Assembly: GCA_900617105.1 (NCBI GenBank)
Contig: UYFQ01000001.1
Coordinates: 2,356,001-2,420,000 of the forward strand
Direction: 5' to 3'
DNA length: 64,000 bases
Source: Hydrurus foetidus
Lineage: Eukaryota
Part shown: positions 34,101 to 43,691 of the stretch, piece by piece
Position numbering within the stretch: position 1 is the stretch's first letter
Layout of the letters: each line of letters opens with the position of its first letter
Notes under the pieces: generated by a model
Databases searched by the model: none
The model's input: only the letters and a program-made list of their open reading frames with translations
What the model was told of the DNA's origin: nothing
Program-made: the position numbers and the translations under genes

Positions 34101-34599
34101 CTTGCCAGCTTGACTCATACGCCCACAAATCAGCCGGATGAATGCGGTCGGCGCGAACCAACTCTTGTATTTCGCGGTATTGCGGGAACAGTGACACTGG
34201 CGAAATAGGCCGGTTGGCCAACACCGCTTCCAGATACTCGCTGAGCGCGAAGCTGGCGCGTTCAATCTTTGCAGCCGCTTCTTGGTTGCACTGCTCAGGG
34301 AATTGAACAAATTTTTGGACTGCTGCTTCCATGGCGCGCAGCACCATCGCTGGGCCAGACAGCCCGACCATCTCAAGCGCACCAACTGCCTGGTGAAGTT
34401 GCTGGCGGGCAAGCCGCAGCTGACTGGCATCCAACGCAGCCAAATCCGAGCCGCGCGCTGCTTCTGCCTCGCGCACGAAGCGCTTGAGCGCTTTAGCCGA
34501 GCCGTCCAGCGACTTGCGAAGCTCATCCAGCACCCACGCCAACGGGCCAAGGTCATTAACAGCGCTGCTGGCATCAAGAGGGGTCGGATTTAAAGCCAT
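28186..34599 (-). CDS. chpA: ChpA/PilL hybrid CheA-like kinase (multiple Hpt, HATPase, CheW and receiver domains)
   Basis: HTLKG twice, HSLAGS, HLLRNCVAHG, GRGIGMDVV; C-terminal receiver DIEMP. Confidence 0.92.
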   Translation of the reverse strand: MALNPTPLDASSAVNDLGPLAWVLDELRKSLDGSAKALKRFVREAEAARGSDLAALDASQLRLARQQLHQAVGALEMVGLSGPAMVLRAMEAAVQKFVQFPEQCNQEAAAKIERASFALSEYLEAVLANRPISPVSLFPQYREIQELVRADRIHPADLWAYESSWQEPELAQTAEPKNYDDAARTIFDQSILQLMKGSAPQAAGMLKDLSLGFSARQEHSQPRIFWKIAAAYFEALEHSALNPDLYVRRAASRVLMQYSALSKGDTGVSDRLAQDLLFFCAQAAAKISASTPVLAAVHAAFGLSRFKPVDYDAIQFGRFDPALLAQARKRIGSAKETWSSLSAGDANKFKTIVDQFGLVSDSLVKLHPPSEPLAAALTSAIEVTARSNKAPSVELAMEVATSVLYLEAAFEDLDPTDPQLAVRTQHLAERLDGVKNGGNAQPLETWMEDLYRRVSDKQTMGSVVGELRVSLSELEKSLDLFFRNPKDKLVLRDVPGQLAQMRGVLSVLGLDQASHAVLRMRDSVESMLETEVDEERARAAGTFDQLGNNVGALSFLIDMLNYQPVLAKKLFVYDDETGELKPLMGRADRSVQAPADSSQLPAAAPALSLPQALSSIASDATAGASSSDLAQQLEALATNAALAGQSGLAKSAQEASLAVTSSGSQGAAVLMSALVASVAVAAPVMAKPEEVDFEEDDLRDIFLEEAREVAQNGKEALRLLAVNPTDISQLTILRRAFHTLKGSARMVGLNAFGEAGWAMEQLFNTWLAEQKPATDELRDLSDAALSEFSRWTDAIGASTDTAWLAHPFQISADALRLDDRYIPLALMLDAANVTNDALAPESLVSAIETPPTDLSAFALADLDFAPAPSLAPADARLEPQNAPPIASFAAQDFVFDMADLPSLTLRTLPDQAVVSDLADLRPLEDTSELTAELSEAEMQELFSGSLSTVPAPLAAEAAPEQYQPQALDIQGIDFDSLAALSGTAALNAPNLSAQAVPLAFSQDSQDNVGGVNAEQQEMEELQRQLDSFALEAAAQESSAIAALTSGNLTPDVDLQVDAPVSTFDRQPVFTPVMPNIVMLPQEPINTPAAPDAGLVFDDVAGADNADEQVKVIGDLRIGLALFNVYLNEADEWSRRLVTEVAEWALEKTSPPTDSMLGLAHSLAGSSATVGFVSLSDMARAFEHCLEQSQLHYNSRDAAGYANLFIQAADDIRRLLHQFAAGFVKPGNPEVLEQLQRLEISEASSTTSAVFEVIEFNDQDTATAQPSGPEPLIYAATAATVATAAAVASAQIFAAPVYAARPAISATSAAFLASASVTAALDESGDELDAVDAIDPELFPIFDEEAAELMPQLGSALRQWSVRPDNAGARLEVLRVLHTLKGSARLSGAMRLGELAHKIETEIEFLGSDSASTQEFEPLLARFDAMELMLDKLRNPVVAAAAVPDEPVSRLEAVQTSEPAAAQPEPVQTNFSAAAAATESLAALFVAPVSAPKAGKGLVPAPQLMAMQPLRQAANASIRVRSQLLDRMVNQAGEVMITRSRLEVELNQLRGSLGDMNDNLNRLRQHLRDIELQAETQMQSRLAQAKEQQGGFDPLEFDRFTRVQELTRMMAESVNDVATVQRTLQRTVEATEDDLIAQARQTRELQRDLLRTRMVEFESISDRLYRVVRLASKESGKQVKLDLLGSTIEMDRGMLDRMTPAFEHLLRNCVAHGVESPEARLQAGKDAAGIITVHLRQEGNDVSVEFSDDGAGLNLERIREKAISSGLMTADQLMDDKQAANLIFMPGFSTASQITELSGRGIGMDVVRSEVNGVGGRIETSTVPGKGTQFKLVLPLTTAVTQVVMIRAGKLVVGVPANVVETVRRATGKELQQAYNSGVLEVGSEQVPFFWSGALLQASRQSVEVQAKTTPVIVFRSAAQRIALHVDEVLGNQEVVVKNLGPQLARLPGLAGMSVLASGAVVLIYNPVALATVYGEQARSVSADQAEPHMLEAVGAVSGPPVTPLDLVPAAPQIPLIMVVDDSITVRRVTQRMLLREGYRVVMAADGLQALEKLADELPVVVLSDIEMPRMDGFDLARNIRGDSRLKALPIIMITSRIAEKHREHAKELGVDHYLGKPYSEDELMGLVRYYCGIEAKV

Positions 34600-34681
34600 A
34601 AATTAAATAGATCTTTATCAAGTTCACGGAGCAAATTCAGCACATGCGTACCAAAAAAGCTGCGGCGTTCAACACCCCGAA

Positions 34682-36970
34682 TCAGGCAATCTTGAATCGC
34701 GACACTGACTGGCGCAGCTCCTCCGCCATGCGCGAGAGGTCTCGCACCTGAAGGGCTGTAGAGCGGGTGCCCTCCCCAGTTTGCTCAGTCACCGCAAAAA
34801 TGTGCTGAATGTTGTCAGCCACCACATTAGCAGAAGCAGCCTCGCGGGTTGCTGAGTTTGAAATTTGCTCAATCAGGTCGGCCAGTCGGCGTGAAATGGT
34901 GTCAATCTCAGACAGGGCAGTACCGGCGCTGTCAGACAACTTGGCCCCTTCGACCACACCCTGCGTGGAGCGTTCCATAGCGGCAACAGCGTCTTGAGTA
35001 TCGGTTTGAATGGCTTTCACCAATGCCGAAATCTGACGCGTTGCATCAGCCGAACGCTCAGCGAGTCGCTGCACCTCTTCGGCCACCACCGAGAATCCGC
35101 GTCCGGCTTCACCGGCTGATGCTGCCTGAATGGCAGCGTTCAGCGCCAGCACGTTGGTCTGCTCGGTAATGTCGGAAATCAGCTCGGTGATTTCACCAAT
35201 CTCTTGGGACGATTCGCCCAGCCGTTTGATTCGCTTTGAGGTCTCTTGAATCTGGTCACGAATCGAATTCATACCGCCGATCGCGTTTTGCACAGCGGTC
35301 AAGCCAGATTCTGCAGCGGTCAATGACTGGCGCGCCACTTGGGAAGACTCTTGCGCCTGAGCAGACACGCCATTAATGCGCGAAGCCATGTCCAACACGG
35401 ACTGGCCAGTTTCGCGAATCTCGCGAAGCTGCTCGGTTGAAGCGGCCAACAGCTCGGTTGATGTGCTCTCGACCTGCGCAGTGGTTTGCGCCACCCGGGT
35501 AGCCGTGTTTTGCACGTTACCCACCAGCTGGCGAAGTTCTTCCACCGTGTAGTTCACCGAGTCAGCAATAGCGCCTGTGATGTCTTCGGTCACGGTGGCT
35601 TCTTGGGTCAGGTCACCTTCAGCAACGGTTTGCAGCTCATTCATCAGCCGCAAAATAGCCGCCTGATTAGCGTCATTAACGCGCTTGGCATCCTGCTCAA
35701 GCCCGCGCGCTTCAAGCTGCTGCTTTTCCGCAACGCCTTGGCGTTGGCGACTGTCTAGCAGCTGAACTCGTGCAATACCCACCGCGCACGCCAGGCCGAA
35801 CAAAGAAGCCAGTACCAGTGCAAGTATGGATCCTCCAGACAAGCCGCCCAGATCGGAGAGTTTAATTTGCAGCTCTTCAAGATTCCGGCGCAGTGGCTCA
35901 CTGTCGGCAATGATGGAAGACTGAGCTTCACGAGCAGACACCAAGCCTTGCAAGTTGCCCAAAATTGCGCCGGCTTGCACGCGGGTCTGCTCATACAAAG
36001 CCAGCAACGCGTCCAGGCGCTCGCGTGTTTGAGGGTCTTTGGAGCCCGACAGGCGCAGCTCGGGGCTGCCTTCTTTGAGACCCTGTGCGATTTCTTTGAA
36101 CGAGTTCAAGTCTTTGCCTAATAAGAACACCGCCTCTGGGCTCACGCCCTCGAGCGTCAAGAACTCATTGGAAGATTTACCAATTCGCTGCGTCAACATC
36201 ACCAGCTGGCCAGACGCTGAAATTTCAGCAGGAGTCGCGCCTTGCTGCAGCTTCAGTGAAGAAACGGTTTCAGCAATTTCAAGCAAGTCGGAAGACTGGC
36301 GATTGATGGTTCGCAGCGCAGCGCCCACTTGAGTCAATATGTTTTGCTGCGCCATGACGGTATCGGCATTTTTTTCTGCGCGCTCCATCAGGGGGAAGAT
36401 CTTGTCCACGTCGCTTTGCAAATCACCTGCAACCGGACTTAAGCGCAGCGAATCATCACCTGATTTCAAGCCCCGAACTGATTTAGCCAGGACGCCAGCA
36501 CTTTCTTTCACGTCGGGAAACGCCTGCGCACTGCCCACAAGCGCCTGCGAAACAGATTTGGCAAGCCGCTGCGATTGCATCAACGATTGACCAGTCGCAG
36601 TGGCCTCGCGCGCCACGGTTTCGGCTTGGCTCAATGCGCGGTAAGTCACTAGCGCCAGTATCAGCAGCGCGACCCCCAAAAAAATGAACAATATGCGCTG
36701 GTGCTGCGCAATGCTGCGGGTACCCAAAATCGGCAACTTGATCAAATCAGTAGCATCGCCTATAGCTCCGACTTCGCCCGGCAAAACGCTACGCGGCGAG
36801 GCAACATCAAAATTAGAGTCTTTCCTGGCCATCATGCCGCCAGTAATCTCGGGTGAGACGGTGTTGGACATCGGGTCCATCGGCACCGCCACCGAGTCTA
36901 TGGCCATGCTGTCGTCCGGCAAGCCGCTTTTGGGTTTGAACAAATTACGAATATTCTCGAAAACAGACAT
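34682..36970 (-). CDS. pilJ: Methyl-accepting chemotaxis protein PilJ
   Basis: Two TM segments; QTNVLALNAAIQAASAGEAGRGFSVVAEEV signalling tip. Confidence 0.92.
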   Translation of the reverse strand: MSVFENIRNLFKPKSGLPDDSMAIDSVAVPMDPMSNTVSPEITGGMMARKDSNFDVASPRSVLPGEVGAIGDATDLIKLPILGTRSIAQHQRILFIFLGVALLILALVTYRALSQAETVAREATATGQSLMQSQRLAKSVSQALVGSAQAFPDVKESAGVLAKSVRGLKSGDDSLRLSPVAGDLQSDVDKIFPLMERAEKNADTVMAQQNILTQVGAALRTINRQSSDLLEIAETVSSLKLQQGATPAEISASGQLVMLTQRIGKSSNEFLTLEGVSPEAVFLLGKDLNSFKEIAQGLKEGSPELRLSGSKDPQTRERLDALLALYEQTRVQAGAILGNLQGLVSAREAQSSIIADSEPLRRNLEELQIKLSDLGGLSGGSILALVLASLFGLACAVGIARVQLLDSRQRQGVAEKQQLEARGLEQDAKRVNDANQAAILRLMNELQTVAEGDLTQEATVTEDITGAIADSVNYTVEELRQLVGNVQNTATRVAQTTAQVESTSTELLAASTEQLREIRETGQSVLDMASRINGVSAQAQESSQVARQSLTAAESGLTAVQNAIGGMNSIRDQIQETSKRIKRLGESSQEIGEITELISDITEQTNVLALNAAIQAASAGEAGRGFSVVAEEVQRLAERSADATRQISALVKAIQTDTQDAVAAMERSTQGVVEGAKLSDSAGTALSEIDTISRRLADLIEQISNSATREAASANVVADNIQHIFAVTEQTGEGTRSTALQVRDLSRMAEELRQSVSRFKIA

Positions 36971-36999
36971 AGTGAACCTTCTGGAAGAATCGTTGTGCG

Positions 37000-37530
37000 C
37001 TACGCGGCGATGGTCAAAAAATGGGCTTGTTGGGCAAGCATTTGCAGGTTAATTTCCTGCCAGGACGCCCCCGTCTCGTCGGTGTACCGGTTGCCGAAAA
37101 ATTCGGGGGAGTCAGCTGCTCTTTCCGAAAAATCATTGAAAGCATCCTGGTTTCTCAAACCCGCGAGGCGGTCAATCAACAGCGCGCAATTGATCTCAAG
37201 CGCGCCGTTCAAAACGACCAGCCGAGCGTCTTTGTGAAGTGCGTCTGACTTGGTCAGTGCAGGTTGCCCCGTAACGTAGCCGGCTAAATCCACCACACCA
37301 AAAAGGCCACCGCGCAGGTTGGCAACGCCTAAAAACCAGCTGTGCGTGTACGGCACTGGCTGCGTAGCCACCCAAGGAAAAATCTCACCTGCGTGTGTCA
37401 TGGGGAACAGGTACTTTTGCCCGCCTGCCTCAACGGCAAGCCACGACGGCGCCACACCTTGCGTACGGGCGATTTGCAACCGTTCAGCCAAGCGGCTTTG
37501 CAGTTCTCGAATAGCTTGTCTATTTGCCAT
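37000..37530 (-). CDS. pilI: CheW-like adaptor PilI
   Basis: VPYTHSWFLGVANLRGGLFGVVDL motif. Confidence 0.88.
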   Translation of the reverse strand: MANRQAIRELQSRLAERLQIARTQGVAPSWLAVEAGGQKYLFPMTHAGEIFPWVATQPVPYTHSWFLGVANLRGGLFGVVDLAGYVTGQPALTKSDALHKDARLVVLNGALEINCALLIDRLAGLRNQDAFNDFSERAADSPEFFGNRYTDETGASWQEINLQMLAQQAHFLTIAA

Positions 37531-37549
37531 GGTGACCGAGCGTTGGCGA

Positions 37550-37915
37550 CTAGCCCAAAGATTTAATCTTGGCCATCAGCTCGTCAGCTTTCACTGGCTT
37601 GGTGATGTAGTCGCGAGCGCCTTGGCGCATGCCCCAAACACGGTCGGTTTCCTGGTTTTTGCTGGTGCACATGATGATGGGCACATCGGCGTACAGCGGA
37701 TCCCGGCTAATGGCGCGGGTGAGCTGAAAACCGTTTTGCCCCGGCATGACAACGTCCATCAAGATCAGTTCGGGCTTTGCTTCAGCCAGCCGCCGAAACG
37801 CCTCTTCTGCGTTTTCGGCCGTCTTGACCGTGAAACCATTTTTGGTTAGCAGGTCAGTGAGGTACATGAGTTCTGTTTTGGAGTCGTCGACCACCAGAAC
37901 TTTAGTAATTGTCAT
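37550..37915 (-). CDS. pilH: Single-domain response regulator PilH
   Basis: VVDDS, MDVVMPG, DRVWGMRQGA and KP motifs. Confidence 0.9.
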   Translation of the reverse strand: MTITKVLVVDDSKTELMYLTDLLTKNGFTVKTAENAEEAFRRLAEAKPELILMDVVMPGQNGFQLTRAISRDPLYADVPIIMCTSKNQETDRVWGMRQGARDYITKPVKADELMAKIKSLG

Positions 37916-38319
37916 GCGCTTATTCCTTGTGGCGAGCCGCCGAACTGTTGTACGGTTTGCAGCAACTGATCTTTGGTAAATGGTTTGGTCAGGTATTCCT
38001 GCGACCCCACCATGCGTCCTCTGGCCTTGTCAAAAACGCCGTCTTTAGACGACAACATGACGATGGGCACATTTGAAAATCTGGCGTTGCGCTTGATGAT
38101 GGCGCAGGTTTGGTAGCCATCCAGCCGCGGCATCAAAATATCGCAAAAAATGAGATTGGGGTGGAAATCGTTGACTTTGGCAAGTGCATCAAACCCATCT
38201 TCGGCCAGCAACACCTCGTGGCCTCCCTGTTTAAGAAAAATCTCGGCACTGCGCCGAATGGTGTTGCTGTCGTCGATGACCAGGACTTTGAGTCCAGAAC
38301 TGGGAATACTCACTGTCAT
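37912..38319 (-). CDS. pilG: Single-domain response regulator PilG
   Basis: IDDSNTIRR and SSKDGVFDKARGRMVGS motifs. Confidence 0.92.
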   Translation of the reverse strand: MTVSIPSSGLKVLVIDDSNTIRRSAEIFLKQGGHEVLLAEDGFDALAKVNDFHPNLIFCDILMPRLDGYQTCAIIKRNARFSNVPIVMLSSKDGVFDKARGRMVGSQEYLTKPFTKDQLLQTVQQFGGSPQGISA

Positions 38320-38419
38320 GGCTCCTGTTATTTGCAATTCAGGCAATTAACTCGATAACTGCCTGGATAACTATCCGGTTTGAAAAGGTGGCTTACAACC
38401 GCATGGCGGCTTGGTTGAG

Positions 38420-38593
38420 TCAAAGCTCCACCATTTCGAAATCTTCCTTGCGGGCACCGCACTCGGGACACGTCCAGTTCATGGGCACGTCCGCCCATTT
38501 GACGCCAGCGGCTATGCCGTGATCTGGCGCTCCAGAGGTTTCATCGTAAATCCACCCACAAATTAAACACATCCACGTTGTTGATTGAATCAC
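38420..38593 (-). CDS. Rubredoxin (57 aa; absent from the ORF track)
   Basis: Hand translation from GTG: MIQSTTWMCLICGWIYDETSGAPDHGIAAGVKWADVPMNWTCPECGARKEDFEMVEL; two CxxC motifs. Confidence 0.95.
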   Translation of the reverse strand: MIQSTTWMCLICGWIYDETSGAPDHGIAAGVKWADVPMNWTCPECGARKEDFEMVEL

Positions 38594-38675
38594 AGCTTAA
38601 ATTGCCTTCACTTAGAATGCAACAATTGTATCGGGGCAGCGTTGCTTATTCGAGTACAACGCAAAATCGAAGTGT

Positions 38676-39722
38676 ATGGCAGCAAGCAATCCAGATTTAC
38701 CGGGCAACGTCCCCATGGGGCCAGAACAAGCTGAGGCAGAAGCCTCATTGGCCTGCGTCATGACATTTAACGCCTGCGACCCCAGCGGCTGCGGCGGGCT
38801 GACGGCCGACATCACTGCCATCACATCGACTGGCGGTCATGCCATGGCCGTAGTCACTGGCGCTTATGTTCGCGACACGGTCGAGATTTTTGACCACATC
38901 GCCTTCGACGACGAGGCCGTTGCCGAGCAAGCCCGCGCCACGCTTGAAGACATACCAGTCGACGCCATCAAAGTCGGCTTTGTCGGCAACCCCGAAAACA
39001 TCAGCGTGATTGCAGAAATCGCGTCAGACTACGCTGACGTGCCTCTAATTGCCTACATGCCCGACCTGTCTTGGTGGCATGAAGCCCAGATTGACAGCTA
39101 CTGGGACGCGTTTCGGGAGCTGATGCTGCCGCAAACCACTGTGCTGGTGGGTAATTTCAGCAGCCTCCGGCGCTGGCTGTTGCCCGACTGGCCAAACGAG
39201 AAAAACCCAACTGCCAAAGACATCGCCAAAGCGGCGGCTGAATTTGGTGTGCCCTACGTGCTGGTCACCGGCATAGCGTTGCCCGACCAGTTCATTGACA
39301 ACGTGCTGGCCACGCCTTTGGCCATTTTGCACAGCGCAAAATTTGAGCGCTTTGAAGCGATTTTTTCAGGCGCTGGCGAAACCCTGTCTGCCGCCCTGAC
39401 CGCCCTGCTGGCCAACGGCCACGACCTGCCGCAAGCTGCGGCTGAAGCGCTCGGGTTTTTAGACCAAAGCTTGAACGCCGGCTTCAAACCCGGCATGGGC
39501 TTGGTGGTGCCAGACCGCATGTTTTGGGCTCAGCCTGACGCAGATACCGACACGGACGCCGATACGGACACCGGCTCCGACAATTCAAAAGACAGCCTTG
39601 ACCCCACAGCCGATGCCGCCAGTGCGCTTCAAGCAAAATTGGCTGCCCAAGCTGCTACGCTTTTTCTTAACCTCACCCCACCTTTTTTTGACTTACCGCC
39701 CAATGGAACTACCAAGCACTAA
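38676..39722 (+). CDS. ThiD-like hydroxymethylpyrimidine kinase homolog
   Basis: [11 protein letters not shown] and AIKVG motifs; [10 protein letters not shown] in place of GTGC; acidic C-terminal repeat. Confidence 0.82.
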   Translation: MAASNPDLPGNVPMGPEQAEAEASLACVMTFNACDPSGCGGLTADITAITSTGGHAMAVVTGAYVRDTVEIFDHIAFDDEAVAEQARATLEDIPVDAIKVGFVGNPENISVIAEIASDYADVPLIAYMPDLSWWHEAQIDSYWDAFRELMLPQTTVLVGNFSSLRRWLLPDWPNEKNPTAKDIAKAAAEFGVPYVLVTGIALPDQFIDNVLATPLAILHSAKFERFEAIFSGAGETLSAALTALLANGHDLPQAAAEALGFLDQSLNAGFKPGMGLVVPDRMFWAQPDADTDTDADTDTGSDNSKDSLDPTADAASALQAKLAAQAATLFLNLTPPFFDLPPNGTTKH

Positions 39723-41034
39723 GCCTGATTCACAAGCCACCGCATCGCGCAACGACGCACTGTTTGCACGCGCCAAACGACTGATCCCGGGGGGCGTGAA
39801 CTCCCCGGTGCGGGCCTTCAAAGCAGTGGGCGGCACGCCGCGTTTTGTACAGCGGGCCAAAGGCGCGTATTTTTGGGACGCCGACGGCAAGCGCTACATC
39901 GACTACATCGGCTCGTGGGGGCCGATGATTTTGGGCCACGGCCACCCCGGCGTGATTGAAGCCGTGCAGTCGGCCATGCAAGAGGGGTTTTCATTTGGCG
40001 CCCCAACTGAGCGGGAAGTTGAGCTGGCTGAAGAAATCGTTAAACTGGTGCCGTCAATCGAAATGGTGCGGCTGGTCAGCTCGGGCACCGAAGCCGCCAT
40101 GAGCGCCATACGCCTGGCGCGGGGGGCCACGGGCCGCAGCAAAATCATCAAATTTGAAGGCTGCTACCACGGCCACGCCGACGCCCTGCTGGTTAAAGCC
40201 GGCTCGGGCCTGGCGACCTTCGGCAACCCCACCAGCGCCGGCGTGCCGCCCGAGGTGGTTCAGCACACGCTGGTGCTCGAATACAACCACATCGCGCAGC
40301 TTGAAGAATGCTTCGCTTTGCACGGCAACGAAGTCGCTTGCTTGATGATTGAACCCATTTGCGGAAACATGAACTTTGTGCGCGCTAGCGTCGCATTTAT
40401 GCAACGTTGTCGCGAGTTGTGCACCCAGCACGGCACTTTGCTTGTGTTTGACGAGGTGATGACTGGCTTTAGAGTTGCCCTGGGCGGCGCACAAAGCGTG
40501 TACGCCAAGAGCATTCCGGGTTTTAAGCCCGACATGACCGTGATGGGCAAAGTCATTGGCGGCGGCATGCCGCTGGCTGCTTTTGGCGGCAGCAAAGCCG
40601 TGATGGAGCACCTGGCGCCCATCGGCACGGTGTACCAAGCGGGCACGTTGTCGGGCAACCCGGTGGCCACCGCTTGCGGCCTGGCCACGCTGCGTGAAGT
40701 GCAAAAACCCGGCTTTTACGACGCCTTGGGCCTGCGCACGCGCAGCCTGGTGACGGGTTTAACTGGCGCGGCCAAAGCGGCGGGCGTTGATTTTTGCGGC
40801 GACAGTGAAGGCGGCATGTTTGGCTTTTTCTTGATGAACGAGCTGCCGCAAAACTACGCCACCGTGATGACCACCGATAGCCCAGCTTTCAATCGGTTTT
40901 TTCACGCCAATTTAGACAGCGGTGTTTACTACGCCCCGGCGCTGTATGAAGCAGGTTTTGTCAGTGCCAAGCACAGCGCTGCAGACATTGAAGAAACTGT
41001 GGCCGCGGCGGCGCAGCATTTTTCTAAGGGCTGA
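39703..41034 (+). CDS. hemL: Glutamate-1-semialdehyde 2,1-aminomutase
   Basis: [26 protein letters not shown] and GKVIGGG motifs. Confidence 0.97.
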   Translation: MELPSTKPDSQATASRNDALFARAKRLIPGGVNSPVRAFKAVGGTPRFVQRAKGAYFWDADGKRYIDYIGSWGPMILGHGHPGVIEAVQSAMQEGFSFGAPTEREVELAEEIVKLVPSIEMVRLVSSGTEAAMSAIRLARGATGRSKIIKFEGCYHGHADALLVKAGSGLATFGNPTSAGVPPEVVQHTLVLEYNHIAQLEECFALHGNEVACLMIEPICGNMNFVRASVAFMQRCRELCTQHGTLLVFDEVMTGFRVALGGAQSVYAKSIPGFKPDMTVMGKVIGGGMPLAAFGGSKAVMEHLAPIGTVYQAGTLSGNPVATACGLATLREVQKPGFYDALGLRTRSLVTGLTGAAKAAGVDFCGDSEGGMFGFFLMNELPQNYATVMTTDSPAFNRFFHANLDSGVYYAPALYEAGFVSAKHSAADIEETVAAAAQHFSKG

Positions 41035-41161
41035 AACGGTTAAGCGAAGTAGGAAGCATGTAAGTGCCCCGCCCGGCTCGCCCCTACTAAAACTCTGGTG
41101 TCGCGCAAGCGATAAGGCTGTTGGTCGCAAGCTACAAATCGAGAGTCACAGGTCGCCAAAC

Positions 41162-41210
41162 GCTATTATTTTAGGAGCTTATCGCGCCTATATTTATTGG
41201 GCTAGACACC
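41162..41210 (-). repeat. Family A repeat, reverse orientation
   Basis: gctattattttaggagcttatcgcgcctatatttattgggctagacacc. Confidence 0.8.
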
Positions 41211-41245
41211 TAATTGCATGTCATTTTGACCGTTTTTAAGCACTT

Positions 41246-42811
41246 TCAGTCTTCCCAGCCCGCCATCTTCAAATGGCCCACAAACTGCTCCAGCAACTTG
41301 CGGTCAGCAAACGGGTGGCCCATGCGCAGCGCTTGCAGCGGGTAGGGGCCAAAGGTTTTGGCTTGGTCAACCGCGCGGCGGGCGGCGGTTAAGTCCCCCG
41401 CAGCCGCCTAGCAGGCGGCGCTGCAGTAGTAGTTAAAAAACCAGTCGGGCCGCCGGGCGGTGGCCTGCACGGCATAGCGGGCAGCGGCCGCAAAGTCGCC
41501 ATCGATGTAGCTGGCAATGGCGCGGGTGCGAATCCACAGGCTCAGGTGCTGGTCTTGCGGGCTGGCGTCAATAGCTTGCAGCACGTATTCCACCGCTTCT
41601 TGCGTGGCGCCCGGAAGACTCGAAAAAGCCAGCAAGCGGCCCAGCTCACCTGCGGCAGCGGCAAATTCAGGGTACAGCGTTAGCGCGTGGCGCAGCTCGG
41701 CAATGGCCTGGCCGTAGTCGCCCGTAAACGATAGCGCCGTGCCCAGCGTGAAGTGGGCATTGGCATCAAGGTCGTTCTCGCGAACAGCGCGCAGGGCCAA
41801 CCGGGCCGCTTCCACAATGTCGTCTTTGGGCTTGTCAGACCAACCTGCCCACACCCGAGACATGTGGGTAAAAGCCATTAAACACAGGCAGGCTGGGTCG
41901 TTCGGCGTGATTTCAAGCGCATTGTTGGCGCAGCGCTGGGCGTGGCCCAAGTGCTCGCGGGTGGATCGCCAAAAATGCCAGCGACCGCGCATCAGCCAGT
42001 CCCAGGTGCGCATGTCAGGTGCAGCCATGGCATTGGTCAGCTGCTCTTCACGGCGCAGGTACACGGGCTCAATCGCGCCCACAATGCTGGCGGCTATCGC
42101 TTCTTGCACATCGAACAAATCATCTGGCGAGCGGTCAAACTTTTCTGCCCACAACGACTGCCCACTGGGGCCATCGACCAACTGAACGCTGATTCGCATG
42201 GTTTTGGCGCTGCGCCGCACGCTGCCGCTCACCACATAGCGCGCGCCCAACGCCTGGCAAGCCTCGGCTAGAGGCGTGTCAATGGCGCGGTAGGCAAAAG
42301 ACGAATTGCGGGCAATCACGTACAGCCAGGGCGAGCGGGTCAGCTTGCTGATGATGTCCTCGGCCAGCCCGTCTGAGAAGTACTCTTGGGTCTCGTCGCC
42401 GCTTAAATTGGCAAACGGCAGCACGGCGATGGCACGCGACGCAGCAGTAGACACAAATGCGCTGGCCAGCGGCACGGGCGCTGTACCCGTCGCGTTTACC
42501 GGGTTCATCGCGCTCAGCGAGCTGACTCGCCCCGTGAAGCGGTAGCCCCGGCCCGCCACCGTGGCAATATGGCTGGCGCCCAACAACTTGCGCAGGGTTG
42601 ATATGTGCACCTGCAAGTTGTTTTCTTCCACCACCAGGCCGGGCCAGACTTGCTCAAGCAGCTCGTTTTTGGTGACCAAATCGCCCGCGCGTTGGGCCAG
42701 CACCCGCAGTACATCAAAAGCCCGTGCGCCCAGCGGTAACACCGCGCCGTTGGACACCAATTGCCGCTCGTACGGACGCAGTACAAAGCTTGAAAAGCTG
42801 AGTTCTTGCAT
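41246..42811 (-). pseudogene. Winged-helix + TolB_N-like + TPR regulator with a premature TAG at 41408-41410
   Basis: wHTH (LVTKNELLEQVWPG..NNLQVHISTLRK..GRGYRF) and IAVLPFANLSGD..YFSDG; after the TAG the frame continues AAAGDLTAARRA...KMAGWED to TGA 41246. Confidence 0.8.
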
Positions 42812-42967
42812 CAGTAACTCGAAAGGGTCGCCATTCGATGAGTTTAAGGACTTTTAAGGTTTCTAAAGGGGTGTTTGTACGCGCTGGCAGCTGATCGGCC
42901 AGACACTTGATTCATCAGCAAAATGCAGCTGGCTGGCCGCTGCACCCCACTCAAAATCAAAGTGCAC

Positions 42968-43546
42968 ATGACGAATCATTTCCACATTACCACTGAGCCC
43001 GCCCCAGGCGATGACTACCCGCCCATCTGGAAAGGGCTGATGGTCAACCGCAATGCTGATGCCCAAGACGAAGCCTTTGCCATTGGCCCAGACGGCTTTG
43101 TGTGGAGCTACCTGGTCGATGCAAACCTGGGCGCAGCAGGCCGCTTGGTTAGCACCGGGTTGGCGGCCACACAGTTTGCCTTGATCAACCCTGAAAACAG
43201 CCCGCGCGTGCTGGTCGCCGTAACAAATAACCGGCTCTGCTTCATGCAAGAGTCGCTCGCATTGGGCCAGTTCTGGAGGTCGCTTCAGATGGTGGCGTTT
43301 ATTGGCCTGCAAGACGCGCAGAGCATCACCGAGCTGCATTCCATCGTGGTCAAGGGGCACCACTTGGTAGGCGTGCTGGCGGTGCACCACACACCAGCCG
43401 GGCTAGATGCCTACCGCTTTTGGGTAGCCAAATGGACCGGGCAAGCCCTGCAATTTCGCAGCTCACCCGTGGCACTAGACGGCAGCGACGCGCTGGGCAA
43501 CCAGTTTTTGCTGCACCGAAAATCGCCTGTGCAGACGCTGCAGTAG
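42968..43546 (+). CDS. Hypothetical protein, divergent from the wHTH regulator
   Basis: 192-aa ORF with coding-like codon usage; no recognised motif. Confidence 0.65.
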   Translation: MTNHFHITTEPAPGDDYPPIWKGLMVNRNADAQDEAFAIGPDGFVWSYLVDANLGAAGRLVSTGLAATQFALINPENSPRVLVAVTNNRLCFMQESLALGQFWRSLQMVAFIGLQDAQSITELHSIVVKGHHLVGVLAVHHTPAGLDAYRFWVAKWTGQALQFRSSPVALDGSDALGNQFLLHRKSPVQTLQ

Positions 43547-43630
43547 CGGCCAACAGGCGGGCTTGGGCCTTCCACCCGATTTAGGTCGATTACATGCCTG
43601 AAATAGCCAGAATTCAATATAAAAACGGTT

Positions 43631-43676
43631 TGTAGCCAAATAAATACAGGCGTGAGCAGCTATATTTAATATAGCA
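43631..43676 (+). repeat. Family A repeat
   Basis: tgtagccaaataaatacaggcgtgagcagctatatttaatatagca. Confidence 0.85.
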
Positions 43677-43691
43677 ACTACCAACTGCTAT

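Noticed and set aside
28186..38319. Pil-Chp cluster lacking pilK/chpB/chpC
   Set aside because: A reduced pilGHIJ-chpA set appears typical of betaproteobacterial relatives and is not evidence of a new system.
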